A DNA stretch of 63,971 nucleotides, the filler included, from an uncultured Methanoregulaceae archaeon (lineage in GTDB: Archaea > Halobacteriota > Methanomicrobia > Methanomicrobiales > Methanospirillaceae): NCBI GenBank assembly GCA_964530035.1. It is 12 parts of 12 records of this genome, joined end to end, with 100 filler letters (N's around TTAATTAATTAA, not from the genome) between each part and the next. Parts side by side here need not be neighbours in the genome. Positions count along the whole stretch, not along the records: positions 56,734 to 61,611 come from CAZGXZ010000174.1; positions 61,712 to 63,971 come from CAZGXZ010000222.1; 10 more parts are not named here. One strand, written 5' to 3'. This document shows, piece by piece, positions 56,734-63,971 of the stretch; positions within the stretch are counted from its first letter, which is position 1; every line of letters starts with the position of its first letter. A program made the translations under genes and the position numbers. Under the pieces are notes generated by a model. It searched no databases, was not told where the DNA came from, and worked only from the letters and a program-made list of their open reading frames with translations.

Positions 56734-57491
56734 AGAGAGTGTCAAAAGAATTTATCGACGAGAACACACGGTGCAGGACCCTTGACGAGGTCTCGCTGAC
56801 GGCATCTTCAGACGAGATCATCTGCATCATGGGGCCGTCAGGGTGCGGGAAGTCAACGCTGCTCAGGATCATCGAGGGGCTTGACCCGGAGTACACGGGA
56901 ACGGTCCGCGGGGAATCGGATGACCCTGACAGCCGGCCTTCGACGGCGATGGTATTCCAAGAACACGCCCTGTTTCCGTGGCTGAACGTATCGGACAACA
57001 TCGCGTATGGTTTACGGCTCAAGGCCCGGCATACCCCTGAAGACGAGGCTGACCGGCGGGTATCGGAGCTCCTGGCACTCACCCACCTTGAAGACTTTGC
57101 AAAGGCAATGCCCTACCAGCTTTCGGGAGGTATGAAACAGAGGGCCGCGGTGTGCCGGGCTCTTGCGGTACGGCCCGAAGTCCTCCTGATGGACGAACCG
57201 TTCAGCGCCCTTGACGCGTTCACCCGGCGGGAGCTCCAGGACGAACTGCTCAGGATACGGGACGATACCGGGACGACCATCCTGCTCGTGACCCATAGTC
57301 CTGAGGAGGCCGTTTACCTGGCGGATCGTGTTATCGTGCTTTCCGAGAGGCCTGCCGCGATTGTGAAAACGGTGTCCATTGAGCTCCCCCGACCGAGGAG
57401 CCACTCCGATCCGGCCTTCATCGGGATACGGGAGAGCCTTATGGCGATGGTCCGTGGGGATGCGGGAAAAAATGGCCAGAACCGGTTATAA
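56734..57491 (+). CDS. Nitrate/sulfonate-type ABC transporter ATPase (5' truncated)
   Basis: GPSGCGKST, LSGGMKQR, LLMDEPF and VTH motifs. Confidence 0.93.
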
Positions 57492-57576
57492 AAAACCTTT
57501 TTATCGTCCCTCTTTGGAACGAAACACCCTGTCCTTGGTGAGGCGTTGGAAAAGAAACCGGATGGACCCCGAATGC

Positions 57577-58794
57577 TCACCAGACCTGGTTTAAAAGCCA
57601 TTTCCAGACAGGTTCAATGACTATCGTCAGATCACCCATGTTCATGTGTTCTTCCTGGCTGCTCGTCAGGATTCGGCCCTCTTTTATCCTAAAAACACTC
57701 ATTGCCTCCATCAACCCACCAATCTCACGCTCCCTGTTTCCCTCGTTCAGCTCATGGCATACCTGGATTGCAGAGGTTATGGTGTTTCCCTCCATGATAA
57801 TGAAGTCGCACTCCCGTTTTCCGGAATAATAGAAGATATTCCTATCTCTTCGCTTCAACTCAATAAAAACAACATTTTCCAGGCTCCTCCCTGTATCCGG
57901 GGTCAGGAAAAACCCGGTCAGCCTGTAAAACGCCGTATCGATGCAATAGATCTTTCTTGGGGAATTCAGTTGCTTTTTTAGTGAAAAGTCCATTTTCAAC
58001 AGCTCGAAATAGAGATAGGAATTTCCCAGGTACGTTATGTATTCCTTTACGGTGATGGCATTTTTAAGACCGAGACCGGTTTTCAGGGAGTTATAGGTAA
58101 AGGGGAGGGACACTGAAGATGAGAGAATTGCAACAAGTTCCCGGACAGTTCGCGTCCTCCTGATAGCGTAACGGTTGATGATGTCCCTGTATAGAATATT
58201 TTCATAGAGTGTTCTGATGTATTCGGTGTCCTGGTTCCGGAGGTATTCCGGCATCCCACCCGACTCAAGGTAGTCCTGAAAGGCAGTAAAAAGTACGACC
58301 CGCTCTTCAGGAATATATGGTGCATCAGGCTGTACGGGGATCTGGTGATAACGGAGGTACTCGGTAAAGGAAAACGGATATACCTCAAAGAGTTTGTACC
58401 TCCCTGTCAGTCGTGTGCCGAATTCAGCACTTAAAAGGGAGGCATTCGAACCGGTGATAACTACTTTTTTGCCGTCATCCTGGAGCCGGCGGACGAACGT
58501 TTCAAATCGGTCGATATTCAGGACTTCGTTGAGGGCTTCAAAATCCTCTGCATAAAATTTGAGGAGCCGTTCATCTTCAAAATTGACATAGGCATACCCG
58601 GAGGTTCTCCCCATGATCTGCCCAAGGAGTATTGATTTGCCGGCCCTCCGTATCCCTGCAAGGACAACCACACGGTTGTCATGAAGTGATCCGAGTATTT
58701 CAGGTAACAGTGACCTTTCAACAAATGAATTGCCTTTTTTCAGATGGTTCCTCTGCTGGATGACAACCTGTTTAAGGCTATCCCGCGAGATCAT
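57577..58794 (-). CDS. AAA_14/DUF4143 (COG1373) ATPase apparently lacking the Walker B segment
   Basis: GIRRAGKS, NFEDER, TGSN, LTGR, PFSF.E, GGMP, K.Y..D, EN.V..EL, ECDF motifs; no hhhDEIQ. Confidence 0.85.
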   Translation of the reverse strand: MISRDSLKQVVIQQRNHLKKGNSFVERSLLPEILGSLHDNRVVVLAGIRRAGKSILLGQIMGRTSGYAYVNFEDERLLKFYAEDFEALNEVLNIDRFETFVRRLQDDGKKVVITGSNASLLSAEFGTRLTGRYKLFEVYPFSFTEYLRYHQIPVQPDAPYIPEERVVLFTAFQDYLESGGMPEYLRNQDTEYIRTLYENILYRDIINRYAIRRTRTVRELVAILSSSVSLPFTYNSLKTGLGLKNAITVKEYITYLGNSYLYFELLKMDFSLKKQLNSPRKIYCIDTAFYRLTGFFLTPDTGRSLENVVFIELKRRDRNIFYYSGKRECDFIIMEGNTITSAIQVCHELNEGNREREIGGLMEAMSVFRIKEGRILTSSQEEHMNMGDLTIVIEPVWKWLLNQVW

Positions 58795-58976
58795 ACTAAT
58801 TACTAATTAGCAATATACTATAAAGTTACTTATTGATGATTAGTATAAATGCACGCTATGGTGAAATGCCTCACAGAACAGCGTGTACCTCTTATTAGAA
58901 AATGGGTGACCTCGAGGCGACTAATACCCTCATCGCTCGGTCCCTTCTCGTTCCGGGTTGTATCCTATGGGTGCCT

Positions 58977-59228
58977 TCAGTACCTCAGCGAACGGAAAAG
59001 AAGGAACAGGACGTTGCACCCGATGACCATGATGAACAGGAAGACAGAGACCCAGACCCACTCCTGGCGGGCATACAGGAACGCACTCCAGAGGAGCGCA
59101 ACAAGACATATCAGGCCGAATACTATCCACAGGCGGCGCTCCTGTTCTCTTTTCCTGGCGCTCTCTGCGACCCGGCTGGCCTCGGGGCCGTGGGCTTCCG
59201 GCCAGCTGCCCGGAATTTTTCGGTTCAT
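58977..59228 (-). CDS. Small two-TM hypothetical protein
   Basis: RRLWIVFGLICLVALLW..WVSVFLFIMVIGCNVLFLLF. Confidence 0.55.
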   Translation of the reverse strand: MNRKIPGSWPEAHGPEASRVAESARKREQERRLWIVFGLICLVALLWSAFLYARQEWVWVSVFLFIMVIGCNVLFLLFRSLRY

Positions 59229-59751
59229 TGGTCCGGGAAAAGATGGTCTTCGGGACTCATAAAGCCGTGTGATACGAGCAGGCCATACCACTCTAGCTTG
59301 TAGATTCATTCGTTGGCAATGGTGAAGGTCCGTTCCTCATGAGATGGGGTTCCTTGCGGATATAGCAGGAAGTTCTCTTTCCAAGAGCCAGGTAATAAGC
59401 GCGCAAATAAAACAAGAAGAAAAATGTCCTTTTGAGACATTTTTCCTGGCACCGGGAGTTGTAGTGGTACAAGTCCATGTGCATCAGGTCGATGCACACT
59501 ATTATCATGCTCAGCATCAGAGGATTATTTTGACATAACCCGTTCCCGGTGGGGGGCGATCCTTAACTGGTTGGAATAACCCCTATAGCTCGTTTTTTAT
59601 AAAAAAAAATCATGAATAAATCGACCGAGGCACCATTTGCCCAACGTAGGGCCGTCTTATGTCTACCATTAATATCTTCTATTAATGATATGCAATAAGG
59701 AATAGTATTAAATTGTTGTATAATAATTCACGATCATAGGGGGGCTGTACC

Positions 59752-61611
59752 ATGTCAGAGTACGGCAGGACGAATTTAACACTAATTCTCATTTTGATAC
59801 TGGCCAGTGCCATAGTTGGTACTGCGGGGGCTGCATTGACCGTTACTGTTACCAGCAGTCCCGGGACGCTGGTCGCAAACGGACACGACAATGCAACCAT
59901 ACGGGTGCTGGTGATGGACGGGGGCACTCCTGTTTCCAACCAGTCGGTAGACATTTCGGTACACAACCCGCTTCTCGGGACATTGAGCCCGACCAGCATT
60001 ACGACCGGGCCGCTCGGGTACGCCGAGTCACAGTTTTCGGTCGCCACGACCTCAGGGACCGCGATTATCACCGCCATCGTCGCGAATGCCACCCCCTCAG
60101 CCATAGCCATCCCCCTCACAGCCCCTGTTGCCGACTCTATCGTCCTCTCGACTGACAAGACCTGGGTGGTTGCGAACGGCCAGGACCAGGCCATTGTCAC
60201 TGCTACGCTGACAAACACCAGTTATGGTGAAACAATCCCCGTTGCCAACCAGAATGTCTTGTTTACCCTGGCGGAAGGAGCGGTTATGGGTTCCCTTTCT
60301 CGGGGGGTCGGGGTCACGAACAGCTCCGGGATGACGACGACCGTCTATACAACAGGGACAAAAAGCGGCAGTGCAACAATTGGAGGAAGTTCTGGCCCGG
60401 TGAGCACTAGCATTACCCAGCTGGTTGACCACGACCTGCCATTCAGCATGTCTACCCACCACGAACCTGAAGTGACCGTCGGGAACCTGACAACCCTCAG
60501 CGTCCATCTCCAGGACCAGTGGGGGAACCCCATTGATATCTGGAAGGATAGGGAAACAGTCCAGTTTATCGTCTCCTCACCCGGGGACACCGCCAGGTTC
60601 TCAGACGGGTACGGGTCATGGTCGAGCAACCTCAACCTTTCTGTTGATATCCAGGGGAACATCTCGGCACAACTTAAAGTATCCACCCAGCCGGGATGGA
60701 ACAACATCCAGATTATTCCCCCTGCCCCCGTCCCGGCAAAAGGACTTTCAATACTGGCCATTTCCAACGGGATTCCTACCAGCATGCAGACCATCGTCGA
60801 CCCATCGACCGAATGGCAGTATGCCGACGGGACCAGTAAAATAACGATAACCTACATTCTCAGGGACCAGTATGACAACACAATAGAAAACAGCGGGATT
60901 TATATCGTTCCGAGCGAGGGCGACCCCCTGACCGTCTACACCGATGCCCTTGGAAGGATGAGCATCGATGTCAACCCCCAGACGATTGTGAAAAACATTA
61001 CGATTGTTGCAACCGCTGTTGACAATAGTTCTGTAACAAGTACAAAAAACGTCCAGTTCGTTCCCACGGAACCCGTGGACATGGGCCTCACAGTGAGTCC
61101 GCTTATCCTTCCGAGCGGGGAGGTCCCGCTTGAAAACGGTGAGGTGAGCTATGCTGAAATAAGGGCCAAGGTCGTTGATGCCAAGGGGAATGGTGTTTCC
61201 GGCCAGACGGTTACCTTCAGCCTTTCAGACATCACCCGGATTGACGCGTCCGTCAACGACCCGTACCTGGAAACAACGTCGGCGGTAAGCAATGAAAACG
61301 GGTATGCTATCATCCGTTTCCGGCCGGGGACCTTTGAAGTATATGGTGAACCCCATTTCACGAAGAAGGCCTCGGCGTCGTGCAATGTGAGAGCTCAGTG
61401 GAGTTCAGTCCAGAGAAGCCAGAAGATCGAGTGGAAGAACTATCCCATCCTGTACGCTGAAACCTCCAGCTACCCTCCGCAGGTCTATGTCGGTAACTTC
61501 ACCTACATCACCCTGAAACTGAAGGGTGACGGCTTTGCGATAGTGCCTGACCCGATAGACGTAGTTCTCTGTACTGACCGGTCTGGGAGCATGCTCTATG
61601 ACAACCCTGAC
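59752..61611 (+). CDS. Secreted invasin/Big_1 Ig-repeat protein with vWA domain (3' truncated)
   Basis: Signal peptide; repeated VANG.D.A.I and DxxGN Big_1 motifs; DVVLCTDRSGSM MIDAS. Confidence 0.88.
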
Positions 61612-61711
61612 NNNNNNNNNNNNNNNNNNNNNNNNNNNNNNNNNNNNNNNNNNNNTTAATTAATTAANNNNNNNNNNNNNNNNNNNNNNNNNNNNNNNNN
61701 NNNNNNNNNNN

Positions 61712-61965
61712 TATCTTATGCTGGGGTTTTGGTTGTTGGCAGCCCCGGGTTCAAATCCCTTTTATCCTCTTTTGTTAAAAGCAAAAGCCAAAAAATCGAC
61801 TCTATTAAAATGCAAATGAACTGAAGTTCACACCCGAACTATGAAAATTTCTATTCAAATATCCTCATTATGAGGACATTTTTTTACATTTTCATTGGAA
61901 ACCGTATGATCGGAATTGCAGCTGATGGAGATCTCTCAGAATGGGGTGAATAAAATTAAGGAAGT
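61712..61965 (+). repeat. Modular intergenic repeat, copy 5 (degenerate C, D, E)
   Basis: TGAACTGAAGTTCACAC..ATTATGAGG..ACATTTTCAT.GGAAACC matches the reverse complement of 12187-12283; E block at 61907 matches 56281. Confidence 0.85.
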
Positions 61966-63362
61966 GGAGGATTTCAACAAAGCAGGATTGCTTTCGAAAA
62001 AAGGAGTTCCCGCCCATGTCCGCTTCCCCGGGGTGGGGGATCGCTCCACGAAGGTCCACGGCCCGGGGCCGGTTGGGGTTTACCGGCCTTTCATAGACGG
62101 TATGAGCTCCACCGGAACCTTCTGGAGACAGTATAACCGGTTACACCTGTTCACCGGCATCCGGGCTTGAGTCATTACCCGGTGTTCCCCCTGACTGGCG
62201 GATGATGAAGGGAGTATGGACCTCCGACGACAACGGGCCGGGTCGATGGATGACGGAAGGTTCACATCCCTGATTTCGTGGGTATAACCTGCCGGGCAGG
62301 GACTGGCTCACCCGGGTATGGTGGAGTCGCTATCCCTGATGACCCGTATTCATGGGCCAGTACAGGCTATCCGGTTGTTCGCACTCCCGTAAGTAAGCTT
62401 CCCGTTCAGTACTCCGAAAATCCCGGGACGTACAGGAGTCGCATAGTACCCGCTCCCCTGCCTTTCCCTGACCTCCGGATTCCTTCTCCAGGTAATCCTT
62501 ACGTCAGCGTGGCCAGGAAGTATCACCCGGTTCGTGTATCCTGGAGCGATATCGTATCTTTCCAGATCCATGGAGTCGGGGGCAGTCCGTCCGTTAGGCT
62601 GGTCACAGAATGGAGACACGGTTGATGCGTGGATTCCCTTCCTCCCTGGAGGGAGGTGTGTCTGCGGGGGACTGCCATACGACACGGCCAGCCACGTGGT
62701 GATGACCCCCTCCCGGACGGCCCGGGATACCGCCGCCAGGAATCGGGCTGTTCGTGCTGAAGACTCCGCAGGGGCTTTCATTTCCCTAGCCCCGGATACC
62801 CGGGCGTTGCATGAGGAAACCCCTCCCCCGGGAATCGGCGGAACCGCCCCCTGCAGTGGTCGTATTTTGGATGGCGGACCGGGCATCCTTCCCTGCCTGC
62901 CGGTATTGGCCCGGGTGGTGAAGGGGGAGCCTCACGACCCCTGAGGTTTTTTCCGTAAGGCATGGGTGTCTTCCCTGCGGGAGCTCCCGGTCGACCGGGC
63001 AACATGGTCCCCCGCCAGGTCATTCCGTGGGAAAGGAGTCTTCCCTGGCAGGCACAGGGAACCCTGTGATCAAAACACCTCCACAGATTGGTTATAATGG
63101 ACGATCTCTCTCCGCAATGGGGCATTCATCATCCCCTGGTAATTTGCCGGCAAACCGCGATTATGGCCGTGTCCTGATTGGCGGTCACCGCAAGGAGGAA
63201 ACGAGCATCCCACGTGGGTGGAGGTATGGGCACGGGATACCATGGTACGAGTCCGGTTCACCAGGTTGTCCAGGTACATCCCCGCACCTGGGCACACTCC
63301 AACCGGTCATGACCCCTGACCTGATGAAAATAAGCCCGAATTGGCCGTTTTTTAGATCTAAA

Positions 63363-63390
63363 ATTTCGCAGAATAGAAATTCTGCGAAAA
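63363..63390. other. Putative dif-like recombination site (11-6-11)
   Basis: ATTTCGCAGAA-TAGAAA-TTCTGCGAAAA inverted repeat, 380 bp upstream of a tyrosine recombinase. Confidence 0.6.
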
Positions 63391-63770
63391 AGTTCATAAG
63401 AGCTCGCGGTATACCTAACCAGCAGAGGAATCGGATTTCAAAACGGTGATCCTGAACTTCCAGGGTTGTCTGTACGGGTAAGGAGGTCGTATCATGGTTG
63501 ACAGGACCCTGCCCCCTGCCGGAAAGTAAATGGATGGGGCTTCGTCGGAATATCCTTCAGGACCTGTAGTTTCTCCTGGCGCCATCGCAAGGCCCGGACA
63601 TGTCAAGGCACTACCCGTTCCAACCGGATGGAATCATGAACTACCTGGGATATGGTGCAATTCCGGACTCGCCAGAGGAAAGTGGAGGCCTGGCGGTCCG
63701 ACAGGGATTTCGGCAGGTCTTCGTTTCCATGCTCCAGGTCACGGCGTGAGAACCTTCCTTTGACGATACC

Positions 63771-63971
63771 ATGGCTCAAGGCGGATATTTCCCTGAATGG
63801 CTGAACCGGTACAGGCACCACCTCAGGATGAGGAATTACTCCCCGAGGACCATATCCAGCTATGAACAGGTAATCCGTCACTTTGGCGGTTATGTGTGGC
63901 TTGTGAGGAACGGCGACCCTGGCATGAGCCCCGGCCCCACGACCGATCTCACCGTATCGAGGATGGATACC
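63771..63971 (+). CDS. XerA-like tyrosine recombinase, N-terminal SAM-like domain (runs off window)
   Basis: MAQGGYFPEWLNRYRHHLRMRNYSPRTISSYEQVIRHF fits the L....S..T..Y...F core-binding motif; not in ORF track. Confidence 0.8.
   Translation, partial: MAQGGYFPEWLNRYRHHLRMRNYSPRTISSYEQVIRHFGGYVWLVRNGDPGMSPGPTTDLTVSRMDT

Noticed and set aside
63771..63971. Integron integrase call
   Set aside because: Only the N-terminus is visible, the IntI-specific patch cannot be checked, and no attC sites are seen; XerA-like is the simpler call.

Overview
Archaeal DNA, most likely from a Methanomicrobiales methanogen (Methanoregulaceae/Methanolinea-like). This is inferred from gene content such as the F420-dependent NADP reductase, mfnA, aglJ, archaeal secDF, DUF2551 and cimA. 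The window is not contiguous: it holds 12 draft contigs of about 5-6 kb, sorted by decreasing length and joined by artificial 100-nt N/TTAATTAATTAA linkers, so gene neighbourhoods only count within a contig. Most content is housekeeping. The best leads are: (1) the citramalate synthase gene (cimA-ilvB-ilvN operon) has no in-frame start codon, and its SD-preceded ATG opens a 7-codon frame (ATG ACA GAT CGT TTT ATT CTC TGA) that reaches the enzyme frame by a +1 shift at a Phe-Ile pair, behind a hairpin-rich leader, which suggests isoleucine-sensing frameshifting; (2) a modular, palindrome-rich non-coding repeat family with 5 copies; (3) an 11-6-11 dif-like site about 380 bp upstream of a XerA-like recombinase; (4) a TerY-P-like PP2C plus kinase-HEAT pair; (5) katG clustered with ahbDABC; and (6) a secreted Gln-ladder beta-solenoid-like protein. 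All family assignments come from motif recognition; no database searches were run.
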